Shown piece after piece: positions 19,827 to 31,515 of a stretch of DNA of 64,000 bases. This stretch comes from an uncultured Desulfosarcina sp. (GTDB lineage Bacteria > Desulfobacterota > Desulfobacteria > Desulfobacterales > Desulfosarcinaceae). The DNA is taken from contig CAXXWQ010000003.1 of NCBI GenBank assembly GCA_963674945.2, forward strand, positions 2,368,001 to 2,432,000. Reading direction: 5' to 3'. Made by a program: the position numbers and the translations under genes. The notes under the pieces were generated by a model. The model was given only the letters and a program-made list of their open reading frames with translations. It did no database searches and was not told where the DNA came from. Position 1 is the stretch's first letter. Each line of letters starts with the position of its first letter.

Positions 19827-20564
19827 TTAATCCAATGGCTTTTTGACAGCAATCGTCAATCCATCTTCGAATGGGAGAATCAAGATGTCTGCTCTATGAT
19901 CTTTACTAATTTTCTCATTGAACTCACGGGTATGCGTTCCAAACTTGACCATGGTATCAAGCATCTGTTCCGGCCAGATTCTCGCTAACTTTTCTCGCAT
20001 TGCTTCTTCACCTTTTACCGCAACCGAACCGGAGAAGAGGGTATTATCATAGATGAGCATTCCCCCTGGACGAGCCAGTTTCATTCCCAAATCCCAATAA
20101 TTCGGATAGCCGGGTTTATCAGCGTCGATAAACAGGAGGTCGAAGGTCTCGCCATGTCCCTCATCCAGTAAGGATTGCATGGTTTCGGCTGCCGGACCGA
20201 CACGCATGTCCGTCCTATCACTCACTCCGGCCTTTTCCCAATACTTACGCGCTATCTTGGCATTGTTTTCATCGATTTCCATACCGACAAGCCATCCATC
20301 CTTCGGTATTGCCAGCGCCATACACAGAGCGCTGTATCCGGTGAAAGACCCCACGTCCAAAACTCGTTTTGCTTTTGTTGCCTTTACCATAAGCTGCAAA
20401 AATAGTCCCTGCCGGTGGGTCACCTGACAAATGGCATATGGATGATCAAGCGTCTCCTGGCGAAGCTCGGCCAGCACTTTGGGCTCGGGTGAAGAAAATG
20501 AATCAACGTATGCAAGAAGATTCTCATCAAAACCCAAAAAGTTACGACTCGTACCTAATTCCAT
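19827..20564 (-). CDS. SAM-dependent O-methyltransferase (CCoAOMT/COMT class)
   Basis: VLDVGSFTGYS, FIDADK, YDNTL, DGL. Confidence 0.92.
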   Translation of the reverse strand: MELGTSRNFLGFDENLLAYVDSFSSPEPKVLAELRQETLDHPYAICQVTHRQGLFLQLMVKATKAKRVLDVGSFTGYSALCMALAIPKDGWLVGMEIDENNAKIARKYWEKAGVSDRTDMRVGPAAETMQSLLDEGHGETFDLLFIDADKPGYPNYWDLGMKLARPGGMLIYDNTLFSGSVAVKGEEAMREKLARIWPEQMLDTMVKFGTHTREFNEKISKDHRADILILPFEDGLTIAVKKPLD

Positions 20565-20651
20565 ATCTTATCCTCCTTTAATCTGATATTGCTTTTTACC
20601 GGTATCATCTGATCCAACTTAGCAAAGGTCCTCCATCTGCCTATCTCGCTT

Positions 20652-21221
20652 TCAAGCAAGTTCATCTTCGCTATCGTCAAACCAATCCACTGGGCTATTT
20701 TCAAACCTTAACAGGAGTTTTTCCAATAGCAAATTTAATAGAACAACCTCTGCAAAGGTGAATTCAGCAAAATAAGACTGCATTCTCCTGACGGCGATTT
20801 TATCTGTGATTTCATGAAATTTTTTACCATGATCGGTCATTCTCACCAGAACGACGCGCTTATCGTTGGGATCAGATAATCGTTCAGCTAAGTCATTGTC
20901 GACCCACCAGGCGACCAGACGATTGGTGGTTGCGGGCGGTAGTAAAAGCTCCTTCGTCAAATCTCCCATGCTGATGTTTGGCCGGTTAAATAGAATCTTG
21001 CCTATCGCATAAAAGGCGAGACTGCCTGCAATCAGACCAGGATTATTGCCCTTGATGAAAAATTTTTCCAACATCCTTTTTGCCCCCTCACTCTTTTGAA
21101 TCCCTGAGTTGGCAAGGTGAAACTCCACCTTCCTGAAGTTACCAATAAAACGGGCAGTCCATTCTGGAGATGATATTTCTTGCAGATTGTTTTTTATCAT
21201 TTTGTCCCTTTTTATTTCCAT
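20652..21221 (-). CDS. MarR family regulator
   Basis: ERLSDPNDKRVVLVRMTDHGK wing motif. Confidence 0.85.
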   Translation of the reverse strand: MEIKRDKMIKNNLQEISSPEWTARFIGNFRKVEFHLANSGIQKSEGAKRMLEKFFIKGNNPGLIAGSLAFYAIGKILFNRPNISMGDLTKELLLPPATTNRLVAWWVDNDLAERLSDPNDKRVVLVRMTDHGKKFHEITDKIAVRRMQSYFAEFTFAEVVLLNLLLEKLLLRFENSPVDWFDDSEDELA

Positions 21222-21880
21222 TTGGAAACATTAGTAGCCTCTATAAAATTAAATGTCAATTCTTGATTTCGTTTAAACAAGAAAAAAATGCATTAATTCG
21301 AAATGGTTTAAAGGATATTGGCCAGATAAATTGCTAAAATATCTCTTATCGGTAAACCACAGAAGAACTTTCCATATGGATATTTTTACTTTTTTCACCC
21401 TGGTTGTGAATCAGAACATTAAAAATGTAAGGACAAAACTGTTTTTTCAAGACAGATGAAGAACGAATTCAGAAAGTAGTGTACGGAACTAGTGCAGTGG
21501 ACCCGAAAGGCTGGATAGTTGGCCAGCCGAGAATAGAACCATTGAAAAATCTGGTGCGCTATTTGGAAGTACGCTTTCGCCAGATTTCTTGATTTCAAGG
21601 CGACAATTACCCATACCATATCTTGTGGTCTGCCATTATTCCCCGAGGTACAGATTATAAAAATAATCTGAACCGAATCTCAAAAATTGATTTTTTCATA
21701 TATGTACAGGATATATGGTCAATTCTTGTGGCTAAAAAACTTGTATTTTCAAGTATCTACAAAAATGTCGGATTGTGTGGATTCTTGGGACGAATCACCA
21801 TCGACCCCCAATGGGGGTTCGGTATTGCTATCTGAAATTTCTGGCGGGTTGAAAATCTGCAGATTTGCTTTGGTAACCTG

Positions 21881-22414
21881 ATGTTTTTAAGCCGAATATT
21901 TCTTTGTGATAAACATTTCAAATCTTCAAAGTCAAACATTTCGGCCAAAATAGGCGGGAACGTTTATCACAACTGGTACGTTTCCAAAACAACCGATGCC
22001 CCGACAGAAATCGATCCCATCGTACCCTCAGACCTAAAAGGCTCTGAAACGATTCTCATTGTAGAAGACAACGCACAGGTCAGAGACATTTCTCGCGAGA
22101 TTCTTAAGCGGCGGGGCTATACGGTCCTTATTGCCGAGAACGGAAAGGAGGCTTTGACGATTCTGAAGCAACAGAAGGAGCCCGTCGATTTAATCCTTTC
22201 AGATGTTGTCATGCCGGAGATGGACGGCAAGAACCTGTTGGATCGGATGGCCGTTTATTATCCTGGTGTGAAGGTCCTTTTTATGTCCGGCTATACCGAC
22301 GATGTGATCGCCCATCGCGGGGTACTGTACGAAGACGCGAACTTTATTCAGAAACCTTTTACGGCTTATGCTTTGTCCATCAAGGTCCGAGAAATATTAG
22401 AAGACCAAAATTGA
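21881..22414 (+). CDS. Response-regulator receiver domain, likely remnant of a hybrid histidine kinase (start uncertain)
   Basis: GSETILIVEDN, LSDVVMPEMDG, MSGY, QKPF; no good RBS or start. Confidence 0.7.
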   Translation: MFLSRIFLCDKHFKSSKSNISAKIGGNVYHNWYVSKTTDAPTEIDPIVPSDLKGSETILIVEDNAQVRDISREILKRRGYTVLIAENGKEALTILKQQKEPVDLILSDVVMPEMDGKNLLDRMAVYYPGVKVLFMSGYTDDVIAHRGVLYEDANFIQKPFTAYALSIKVREILEDQN

Positions 22415-23001
22415 TCTGAACTGCCTGTTATTAATAGAAGAAAGAAAGTGTAAAAAGAAAAGGTGATGGAAGTGCCACGTATATCTTACAAAAAAAGGAA
22501 AATAATTTTTTTTCTGACAGTTTTTTTCCAGATCCTTTCATTTCCTGTATATGCGCAGCCGGGATTCTCGAACGTAATTTGCACATCGGCAGCCTCATGT
22601 AAAGAGAAGTATTTCAGGGGAGCCGGCCTAGACAGGACCGTCTCCCCCATACTCAACTTCGTTTATGCCACGGTTGCTGACTGATAGCCTCCCTTTAAAC
22701 CTTATTAAGATCGGGTTTTGTTGACGAAATTTTCCTCCGAGATACTGAAATTTATATTCTTCGATTGCACGAAAACGGCACTTCCACAATTCCATTTAGC
22801 CAATAAGTCTTCTAATTTCAACCCGGATTATGTTTTCAACATATAGCGTTCACTCACTTTTTTGGGGACGACACCTTTCAACATCATAATGAGTTGAAGG
22901 CGGTCGATTCTGCCATGGGGAGCCAAAATATGAGGCGGTCTGAAAGTCCCCTTTTCAAGACGTTTATACAGCTATTTATGGCGCGCAAGTCATTCGATCG
23001 T

Positions 23002-24198
23002 CTATTCAGACATCATGTGAGCCAACGCTTTTAAGCTTGCCGCCGTATCGGCCTCGGTCATATTGTTGAGATTGGAAATGGTAAATTCATCTTCTTTGAA
23101 ACAGGCACCGATGTTTCCAAAACCTGAGATTCGACCGGAATGCCCCCAAGCTTCGCCGACACCTGTTACATTATATTTAAACAATCCCAAGCCTAAACCT
23201 TCAGTTGAACCATCGCTGAACGTTTCCTCGGCCCATTGTTGTGATTGCCATGTCAGCGTTTGCATTTTGTTACGTTGTTCCTCTCCCAGCAGATCACCGG
23301 CAACCAGCGCATGGAACCAGATGGCCATATCTTTTGCAGTGGATATAATCCCACCGGTTGACCAGGAAAATGTTGCATCAGCGCCGGGAGTTACTTCACA
23401 AACAGTCTTTTGGCTGCAAGTCGTTTCCGTCGCGCCGTCCTGATCGGCACAGCAAACGGAGTAACCCGTTATGGGTTCAGGACCACCTTCATAGCCGTAG
23501 AGGTAGGTGCTGGTCATCTGTAAGGGTTCCAGGAAACGTTCACGAATCTGCTCATGCCACGGGATGCCTTCTACCTGTTCCGCGATCAATCCAAGCATCA
23601 GATACCCGGTATTGCTATAAGCGAATCTGGTGCCTGGTTCGAAATCGGACAGGTTGGAATCGGCGCACATTTGTATTAGCTGCTCGGGTTCGGGAAAGGG
23701 ATACTCTTCGACAAGCTGGTCCAGGTCGGATCTTAATCTTTCATCTGTGATTGAAACCACTCCACTGGTATGTCCAAGCAGATGGCGAATGGTGATCCCA
23801 TCTCCCCCTGGGTAGTCGAGATAGTTTGAAATTGCGTCATTGATCGAGAGTTTTTCTTCTTGTTCAAGCTGAAAAATAAGCGCAGCAGCGAACGTTTTTG
23901 TCTGGCTGCCAATTCGAAAGAGACTATCCTCGTGAAGCGGTTGCAGGTTTTCGATATTGGCAAGGCCATCAGCGGCGACTATGGGTTCATTGTAGGTTGG
24001 CCGATAAAAACCCGCCGCGCTTCCTGGAACTTCAATGCCAGAGTTGGAGACATCCGCAGTCCGAAAATTGTAGAGCGTATGCTTCAAGGTCCTGTACAAC
24101 TCGAAATAATCCCCAGTGGACGAGTCGCAACCGGATAGTGTAACGATGTATATCATTGCAAACAATACAAAAAATGGGTTCCAATGTCTCATGGACAA
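23002..24198 (-). CDS. Serine hydrolase (beta-lactamase/D-peptidase family) lipoprotein
   Basis: Lipobox LSGC; FRIGSQTK, YSN, WGHSG. Confidence 0.9.
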   Translation of the reverse strand: MSMRHWNPFFVLFAMIYIVTLSGCDSSTGDYFELYRTLKHTLYNFRTADVSNSGIEVPGSAAGFYRPTYNEPIVAADGLANIENLQPLHEDSLFRIGSQTKTFAAALIFQLEQEEKLSINDAISNYLDYPGGDGITIRHLLGHTSGVVSITDERLRSDLDQLVEEYPFPEPEQLIQMCADSNLSDFEPGTRFAYSNTGYLMLGLIAEQVEGIPWHEQIRERFLEPLQMTSTYLYGYEGGPEPITGYSVCCADQDGATETTCSQKTVCEVTPGADATFSWSTGGIISTAKDMAIWFHALVAGDLLGEEQRNKMQTLTWQSQQWAEETFSDGSTEGLGLGLFKYNVTGVGEAWGHSGRISGFGNIGACFKEDEFTISNLNNMTEADTAASLKALAHMMSE

Positions 24199-24297
24199 CT
24201 CTCCTTTCTACGACTTTACAAATATTATCTCCAGCCTTAAATAGATACAACGGAAAGAGCACTCACGCAGTGTAATGGTGTCGGGTGATCTTTTGGT

Positions 24298-24409
24298 GTA
24301 CGCCCGGCACGGGCGTGAACTTGTGGGGTGCAAGTCCCCTGTGTGTGAATCCTGTTAATGTGTTTAAATCATTTTTTTCGTTGTAAACAGTTTTTCTTAC
24401 CGGGTTCAC
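24298..24409 (+). mobile_element. 5' fragment of a group IIC intron (start of domain I)
   Basis: GTACGCCCGGCACGGGCGTGAACTTGTGGGGTGCAAGTCCCC resembles group IIC 5' ends, followed by a GTGAATCCTGTTAA/TTACCGGGTTCAC stem; no RT. Confidence 0.6.
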
Positions 24410-26550
24410 CACGCTATGAGATTGAGCACGATTTTCTCTCCCGGTTCGCCGCAAAGCACCAGATAAACGGCGTCACCGTTGAGAGAAAAGTCGCCGTATG
24501 CATCTCCGGAGTCGATTCTCGTCACTTCCCTATCGTAAATACCCCAGAAGTCGGAACCGTCAATGGTGAGCGAACCGGTGGACGGGAGACGGAACCATTC
24601 GGCGAACCCGTCATTTCCAATGGAAATCGTTGTCGCCCCTTCGTCCAGAAGGGGAACCCCGGAAAGAGGACGGTAGAGGTAGCTGCCAACCCGCAGCCAT
24701 TCCTGATTATTCCACGTCTCAATCGCTACGTCTTCCATGCCTCTAACACCGTCGGGCACTATCAGGAACTTGCCGTCCAGCCTGTCGTCGTCGGCAGGCG
24801 CCATGTCGGCCAGGATTTTGTTTCCGAGCAGGTAACCGGTCAGGCTGGAAACGGTTCTCAGTTGGAAACCGGGTTCTATTTTGTCCACCGGGAAATCCGA
24901 GTCCAGTTCTTCATTGACAGGCAGCCAGGTCTCGTTAAGCCTCGTCTCCCAAACCCCGGATAGGGGCGGTCTGTCTTCGAGGCCCTGGCCCATCATGGCA
25001 GAGTAACTGTAGTGATCGGAAGCTCCCTTCTGCCTGAGTGCGAAATAGTGCCGTCCCGACCGGGTCAGAAGACGCAGTGCGGTTGTCGGATCATTGTCCG
25101 CTGCATACCAGCCGTCGTTACGAAGCTTGAAGTTTTCATATAGGGAAGTCCAGTCGCTGTCAAACATCTCCAGGCTCAGGGAATCATCCGCCCCAAAGTG
25201 CAAGCGGCAGATGCCGGAAGATGAGGCATAGACCCCCGAGTAGGTGCTTTTCTCCTCCCAGGTCACGGTTTCATACGGCAGGGGGTCACTTGACAGCGGT
25301 TCCGGCATTCCGGAAATCCGGCCACGCTCGACAAGGGCGCGTAGCAAAATCCGGTTCGCGATCTTTGTTGCATGGTAGGATCCGAACGAGGTGGCGGCGG
25401 CACCGGAAGCCCCCAAAACCACGACACCCAACTTTTCCTCCGGCACGACCACCATCACAGAACCGTACATTCCGGCAAGATCACCGTTTTTCTGCCAGGC
25501 CGTAACCCCGGTCGCTCCCAGTCCCGGCTGGGTTACGGTATCCCATCCCAAACCGTAGCGATACTCCTCACAGGGCACGGGATTGAAGGAACCAGCCCTC
25601 TGGTCCCGTGCCATGGCTGATACGGACTCGGCAGAAAGGATCCGGTCCGCACCATACATCCCCCCGTTCATGAGCATCATGGCCATGCGCGCCATTTCCT
25701 CAGAGGTCGAGTACAGCCCCCCCGAGGCATAGACATTGAGTGAATAAATTGGCCGCAGGTTTTCGCCTTTGTATGCCCTGGCGCATGATCCGTCGGGAAG
25801 GGACACATCCTGAAAGCGGCTTGTGCCCATGCCCAGTGGTTCGAGTATCCTTTGGCGGACAAACTCGGTGTAATCTTCTCCGGTCACCGCCTTGACCAAA
25901 TTCTCGAGCATGGTGAAGCCCTCATTGTTGTATGAGCTGATGGCTCCCGGCTCATAGAGCAGACGCTGCAACGTCAATCCGTCCAGCATTCGGGCAGCGT
26001 ATTCGGGAAATGGAGACAATGTGACATTCTTTATGTCGTATCCAGGCAACCCGGAGGAATGATTCAACAGCATTCTCACGGTGATATACCTGTATCGCTC
26101 ATCGAGGGGCATGTAAAAATCCGGGACATACTTCGTGACGGGCTCATCCAATGATACATCCTCCTGATCCACCAGAATCATGACGGCCACCGCGGCTATT
26201 ATCTTGCTAATCGAGCAGACGGGGAAAAGCGTATCAACCGTCGCATCCCAATCCGCTTCCCGATCCGCAACACCGAAGGCCTCGGACCATATCACCCGTT
26301 CACCGTTTACAAGGGCAACGGAAACCGAGGCGGCACCGGTTTGTTCCATGACCTCTTGAACGGCGGTCCACCCTTCGTCAATGGTGGCGGAGTAGTTACA
26401 ATCGTTTCCGGATTGACTGTCGCATCCTGTCAACAGAAGGAGACAGGACAGAAGAGACAAAAGCCCTGCATGCTTAATCACACCAGCAAATGGTTTCCTT
26501 GAAATTGTAGTCATTTTCTCCATTCCTTTCGAGCTGCACCCAATTCTCAT
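24406..26550 (-). CDS. Large serine hydrolase (beta-lactamase family) lipoprotein
   Basis: Lipobox LTGC; CSISK, LLNHSSG, YNN, KNG; start probably a few codons downstream. Confidence 0.88.
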   Translation of the reverse strand: MRIGCSSKGMEKMTTISRKPFAGVIKHAGLLSLLSCLLLLTGCDSQSGNDCNYSATIDEGWTAVQEVMEQTGAASVSVALVNGERVIWSEAFGVADREADWDATVDTLFPVCSISKIIAAVAVMILVDQEDVSLDEPVTKYVPDFYMPLDERYRYITVRMLLNHSSGLPGYDIKNVTLSPFPEYAARMLDGLTLQRLLYEPGAISSYNNEGFTMLENLVKAVTGEDYTEFVRQRILEPLGMGTSRFQDVSLPDGSCARAYKGENLRPIYSLNVYASGGLYSTSEEMARMAMMLMNGGMYGADRILSAESVSAMARDQRAGSFNPVPCEEYRYGLGWDTVTQPGLGATGVTAWQKNGDLAGMYGSVMVVVPEEKLGVVVLGASGAAATSFGSYHATKIANRILLRALVERGRISGMPEPLSSDPLPYETVTWEEKSTYSGVYASSSGICRLHFGADDSLSLEMFDSDWTSLYENFKLRNDGWYAADNDPTTALRLLTRSGRHYFALRQKGASDHYSYSAMMGQGLEDRPPLSGVWETRLNETWLPVNEELDSDFPVDKIEPGFQLRTVSSLTGYLLGNKILADMAPADDDRLDGKFLIVPDGVRGMEDVAIETWNNQEWLRVGSYLYRPLSGVPLLDEGATTISIGNDGFAEWFRLPSTGSLTIDGSDFWGIYDREVTRIDSGDAYGDFSLNGDAVYLVLCGEPGEKIVLNLIAW

Positions 26551-26577
26551 ACCGGTATTGCCGGGTTTTTCAATCCA

Positions 26578-29021
26578 TCATTTACATGCCTTCAAATCCA
26601 GTCCCTTATCCCCGTATACGGGACACCAATGCAACCCTTTTGTCCCGGGAATATCGGCAATAATTTCAAAAAATTGCCCGGATAGGGTTTCGCCGCTTAT
26701 TACATCGTCGATACGATCTCCAGCCTGAATATCGGCATCACTGCGGGTTACGACCTCAAGGGTTCCGTCCAATTTGACATTACCGTTTACTTCAAGCCGT
26801 CCATATCTTCCGATATCCCGGACATCAATAATTAGTGTGCCGTCGCTGCTTTGCGTATAGTGGGTGACTTCCGAAGCCGTACCCAGGTTCAAAGTACCGC
26901 CAGCCCGATTCTCTCCGGGTCGCACCGTTCCCCGGCGGTTGAATATGCCGCCTCGGCCGTCACTTCCTTTTGGGGCAATCAGGGTTCCGTTGCCATAAAG
27001 CATTCCACCGGCAACTTCGACGCGCATACCGCGTCTGTAAAACAGTGTTTCCGTAACACTGGAAAAATCCGGATCCAGCCGGCTCACCGTGATGCTGTCG
27101 GCGTTGCGAAGAACACCTGTTACTTCGAGTCTACCGGCATTCAACTGGACATCACCCGCGCAATGCACGGTTTGTAATTCGGGAATCAACAGATGCGATT
27201 GCGCTTGATTCTGGCTAAGGCCGAGGATCGCACGCCTGGAAAATACATCCATGCGTTGCGTTCCTTCATAAACCAGTTCGCCCATATGAAGGACAATACC
27301 CCATTCAAGCCAGTTCGCCTCGTGTGTTCCGGCAGGCGAGGAAACCGTTACAGACCATATGCCATTTGGATTCTCGCCCCAGAAAGCATTTGAGAGGAAA
27401 AAATGGTCTATCCCACCGGCTGGATCATTGTCATCAAAAAGCGGATTGTTTCCGATTCCATTTGTGTGTGCCAGAAGCCTGCTGCTGGTTTCCTCCCTGT
27501 CCACAACAACTTGTATTTCCCGACGGTCTTCTCCTTCGATCTTGAGATAGACCTCCACGCTTTCCAGATTCTGCCTGAGTTCATCGGGAACGGTAATACC
27601 GATACTCTGGGTAACGCCGGCGGTATCACCCCCTATAATCTTCCCCATAGGGGCAGAAACCGTCCGGAGTCCCGTGTGGTAAATGCTTTCGTCGGTTACA
27701 TATGCCGTTTGCAGTAAGGCACCTGTCAATTCTTTCATATCGGGCAGGCCGAAGCCATAGTTCGGATTGAACGCAAAACCCGCCTCATTGATCTGCCAGC
27801 CGGAGTAACTGCGTCCGGTACTATCCAGCCAGGTTGCGCTTGCCGACCGATCATCCGGATCAACGACACAACTGGTGGCCGCCAGCAGATGCTTTGTCAT
27901 ACGCAGGTTGAGATTCGGGTTGGCCTGTCTGGCCACCGCCAGCATGCCCGCAAGGCTTGGTGCCGCCGCTGAAGTGCCATCGAACTGGCCCGTGTAATCC
28001 ATATTATCAATGTCAGGAAGAAAGACGGAATATAAGTTGCTTTCATAATTGATTCCCAATGTCCCGAACCGGTCCGTCGTCGAAACACCCAATCCGTTGG
28101 CATATGCAGCAGTATCGCTGTCCGTGACGTTCCACCATGCGCTTTCGCTCAGCGTCGTCACAAAAATCGAGGCGCCGAAATTGCTATAGAGGGCATACTG
28201 CCCGTTGCTCCCCAGAGCTGCCACACCGATTATATACGGGCAGGTCAATTCCATGCTGATGTTGGCGTCCTGTTGTTCTGTGCCGCGGCTATTGCCTGCG
28301 GCCTGAGTGTATAACATGCCATTGGCGGCGGTGCGCGCAAATGCGCTGTAGGTATCGATAAAATCATCCGGATAGGAGAAAAGAGCCGTTTTTGAACTTG
28401 AATTTTTGACCTGGATGACCGGTGCAAATCTGATTTCCGTAAGCATTGAAAGCGCCTGGCTGTCCATCTGGTCTTTCCACCCCAATCCTGCCTGCCAATA
28501 GACTGCCGGCGGGTGCATGCAATAGTCGGCCAATGTAGTGAAATTGTTTACGGCCACCGATGCAATTCGGGCATGTGGCGCCAGTCCGCAGACCCCGATT
28601 CCGTTTCCTCCAATGGCGGCGGCCATTCCCCCGACATTGGTTCCGTGAAACTCGGTGTCTTTCTGGTGCCCCCCCGTCTGACCAACAACGATGCCTTTGG
28701 CATCCATTCCGGTGCTTAGCTCAGGGATGATGTCCAGATCGGGATGCGCCAGCTCGATGCCATCGTCAAGAATGCCTATAGTGACACCACGACCTGTGTA
28801 ACCGGCTTCCCATACCGGAATGATATTTGCGTCCAGTCCTGCATTACTGATCGTGGCTTCGGTTGTCTCGTGACCGTTCGGTGCGACGCCGGCAGGATAA
28901 TGGATGGTGTCAGGGGCCTGATTATCGAGATTCCACTGTCCGGGATGAAGCGGTGTATCGGGATCGTAGAAAAAATACGGGTCATCGGGGGAAAATGGCT
29001 CCCCTGCAAAAACATTACGGG
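26578..29021 (-). pseudogene. S8 (kexin/furin-like) protease with P-domain, 3' part, interrupted by IS66
   Basis: ILDDG, FHGT, AAGN, DGTSAAAP; FWGENPNGIW P-domain; passenger-like C-terminus. Confidence 0.88.
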
Positions 29022-29100
29022 GTAAGCGGTTTATTAACCCCATCTTCACAAAATTGTTCAGGCATGGCAATGTGTTTCCCCAAAGAAAGGAGAAGATATC

Positions 29101-29430
29101 ATGCCTGAAGACTATGATTCATTCGATTCCAAGCAAAGGCGAAAATTTTGGGAAAATCATATCGAGAAATGGAAGATCAGCAGCCTAAGCCAAAGGGCCT
29201 ATTGTAAAAAAAACGATCTCATTCTCCATCGGTTTTACGATTGGAAACGGCGCATCATGCCCGTTGATAAAACCCGAGTTACTTTTTTGCCGGTTGCGCT
29301 CAACGGATCAGCGACGAGGAAACATCCATCCGTTCGTATTCATACCCCCAACGGATTTACCATCGAAGTCGATGATCAAAACGGATCGATAGAAATCAAC
29401 AAGCTTGTTGCAATGGTGGCTACATTATGA
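29101..29430 (+). CDS. tnpA: IS66 accessory protein TnpA
   Basis: W..HIE.W..S.LSQ.AYC, FYDWKRR; first IS gene. Confidence 0.88.
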   Translation: MPEDYDSFDSKQRRKFWENHIEKWKISSLSQRAYCKKNDLILHRFYDWKRRIMPVDKTRVTFLPVALNGSATRKHPSVRIHTPNGFTIEVDDQNGSIEINKLVAMVATL

Positions 29431-29774
29431 TGTTGCCCACCAATCCCAAAAGGGTCTTTCTGGCCGTGGGTAATACCGATATGCGCAAATCGATCAACGG
29501 GCTTTCGGTTTTGGTGGAACAGGCCATGGATTTGAATCCCTTCGAAGGGGACCTGTTCGTCTTCTGCAATCGGCGTCGGAACATGATAAAAATTTTATAC
29601 TGGGATAAAAATGGATTTGCTCTCTGGCTCAAACGGCTGGAGAAGCACCGTTTCCACTGGCCAACAACCACAAAAGAAGTCGTTTCCCTTAGTGCGAAAG
29701 AACTGGAATGGCTTCTCGCCGGACTGGATTATACGAATGCTCATGTGCGTTTAAACTACCGTTATGCAAGCTGA
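29427..29774 (+). CDS. tnpB: IS66 accessory protein TnpB
   Basis: TDMRKSINGL, LFVFCNRRR, KRLE..RF.WP. Confidence 0.93.
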   Translation: MMLPTNPKRVFLAVGNTDMRKSINGLSVLVEQAMDLNPFEGDLFVFCNRRRNMIKILYWDKNGFALWLKRLEKHRFHWPTTTKEVVSLSAKELEWLLAGLDYTNAHVRLNYRYAS

Positions 29775-29837
29775 GAACATCCACCTGGAAGTAAAATAAG
29801 TGTGTACAAATTCAATTGGTTATGCTATGTATCAGGC

Positions 29838-31397
29838 ATGCTTTCGGAATCGAACAACCTGCCCGATGACGCCCAATCGCTTAAGGAGATTATCTCTTCT
29901 CAGCAGCAGCAAATCGACCATCTGCAAGAAATGGTACGTCTGCTGAAGAACGAGCTGTTCGGTCGCAAAAGTGAAGTTTTGCCGGCCGTCAATCCCAACC
30001 AACTCCAGTTGTTCAAACCCGACGAAACCGCAGAGCCCGTCCTTGCCGATGACGACATCACCGTCCCGGAGCACACCCGCAAAAAGCGTGGCCGCAAACC
30101 GTTGCCTGAGGATCTGCCCCGCGTCGAGGTCCTGCACGATATCCCTGAGGCCGAGAAACGGTGTGCTTGCGGAGTTGAACTGAGCCGTATCGGCGAAGAG
30201 ACCTGTGAGAAGCTCGATTATATCCCGGCAAAAATCCAGGTGATCCGTCACATCCGCCCCAAATACGCCTGCAAGGCCTGCGAAGGCGTCGAGGATGACG
30301 GCCCCACCGTTAGGATCGCTCCGCCGCCAGAACAACTGATTCCCAAGAGCAACGCCACTGAGGGACTGCTGGCCCACATCGCTGTCTCAAAATTCGCCGA
30401 TGCGCTTCCCCTGCATCGCCAACAAAAGATATTTGACCGTCTGGGCGTTGACATCTCACGGTCAACCATGGCCAATTGGATGATTCAGGCCGCCGGTTGC
30501 TGCCAGCCGATCGTCGAATTGATGCATCAGGAGATTCGAAGCGGTCCTGTGATCAATATCGATGAAAGTCCGTTTCAGGTGCTTCAGGAACCGGGCCGCA
30601 GCAATACAACAAAATCGTATATGTGGGTGTTTTGTGGCGGCCCGTTGGATGCCCCTGTGGTGCTTTACCAGTATCATCCCACCCGTAGTGGGAAGGTAGT
30701 GCAAGATATGATAGAAGACTATTCGGGCTATGTTCAAAGCGACGGCTACAGCGGCTATGATCAGCTGTCCCAAAAGCAAGGGATCATCCATTTAGGTTGC
30801 CTGACCCATGCCCGACGTAAATTTGTCGAGGTGAACAAAGGGCGCAAGGCGCGCGGCAAACAAAAAGCAGCCAAGGGGCTTGCCGACGAGGCGCTGGATT
30901 ACATTGGCGCATTGTATGGCATAGAACGGTATGCGCGAGACAAGGATTTGTCGTATGAACAGATCCGTGACCTGCGACAGGAAAAGGCCAAGCCGATTCT
31001 GAAACAATTTAAAACCTGGCTGGACACCTACCATTGGCAAGCTCCTCCGAAAAGCCTTCTCGGCAAAGCGATCCAATATTGCCTAAACCAATGGGACAAA
31101 CTGGTTGTCTATATCAATGCCGGATTTCTGAAGCCCGACAACAATGTGGCTGAAAATGTCATCCGGCCATTCGTGTTGGGTCGCAAGAACTGGCTGTTTT
31201 CCGGCGCGCCCCGGGGTGCGGAAGCCAGCGCCACCTTCTTCGGTTTGATCGAAACGGCCAAAGCCAATGGGCTGGAACCCTATGCCTATCTTCGATACCT
31301 GTTCGCCAAACTTCCGCTGGCCAGGACGCGGGAGGACCATCTGGCGCTTTTGCCAAAAAATATCGACAAACAGACGCTGGCGATCCTTCGCTATTGA
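29838..31397 (+). CDS. tnpC: IS66 DDE transposase TnpC
   Basis: DES, QSDGY, HARRKF, DNN.AE..IRP..LGRKNWLF. Confidence 0.95.
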   Translation: MLSESNNLPDDAQSLKEIISSQQQQIDHLQEMVRLLKNELFGRKSEVLPAVNPNQLQLFKPDETAEPVLADDDITVPEHTRKKRGRKPLPEDLPRVEVLHDIPEAEKRCACGVELSRIGEETCEKLDYIPAKIQVIRHIRPKYACKACEGVEDDGPTVRIAPPPEQLIPKSNATEGLLAHIAVSKFADALPLHRQQKIFDRLGVDISRSTMANWMIQAAGCCQPIVELMHQEIRSGPVINIDESPFQVLQEPGRSNTTKSYMWVFCGGPLDAPVVLYQYHPTRSGKVVQDMIEDYSGYVQSDGYSGYDQLSQKQGIIHLGCLTHARRKFVEVNKGRKARGKQKAAKGLADEALDYIGALYGIERYARDKDLSYEQIRDLRQEKAKPILKQFKTWLDTYHWQAPPKSLLGKAIQYCLNQWDKLVVYINAGFLKPDNNVAENVIRPFVLGRKNWLFSGAPRGAEASATFFGLIETAKANGLEPYAYLRYLFAKLPLARTREDHLALLPKNIDKQTLAILRY

Positions 31398-31515
31398 TTC
31401 TTCTCTTACTTTCTACCGGCCGGTTCACAATCGTCTCCCATACACATTTTCATTGCCAAGCCTATGATGTCATAATATCTGGGCTATGTGAAGATGGGGT
31501 TTATTTGACCCTTAC

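Larger units (their letters stand above)
29022..31515 (+). mobile_element. Complete IS66 family element
   Basis: Terminal IRs GTAAGCGGTTTATTAACCCCATCTTCAC / revcomp GTAAGGGTCAAATAAACCCCATCTTCAC; 8-bp TSD ATTACGGG at 29014-29021 and 31516-31523. Confidence 0.96.

Noticed and set aside
29022..29070. ORF-track N-terminus MPCLNNF... of the S8 protease
   Set aside because: It is read from the IS66 end; the true start is at 31644.
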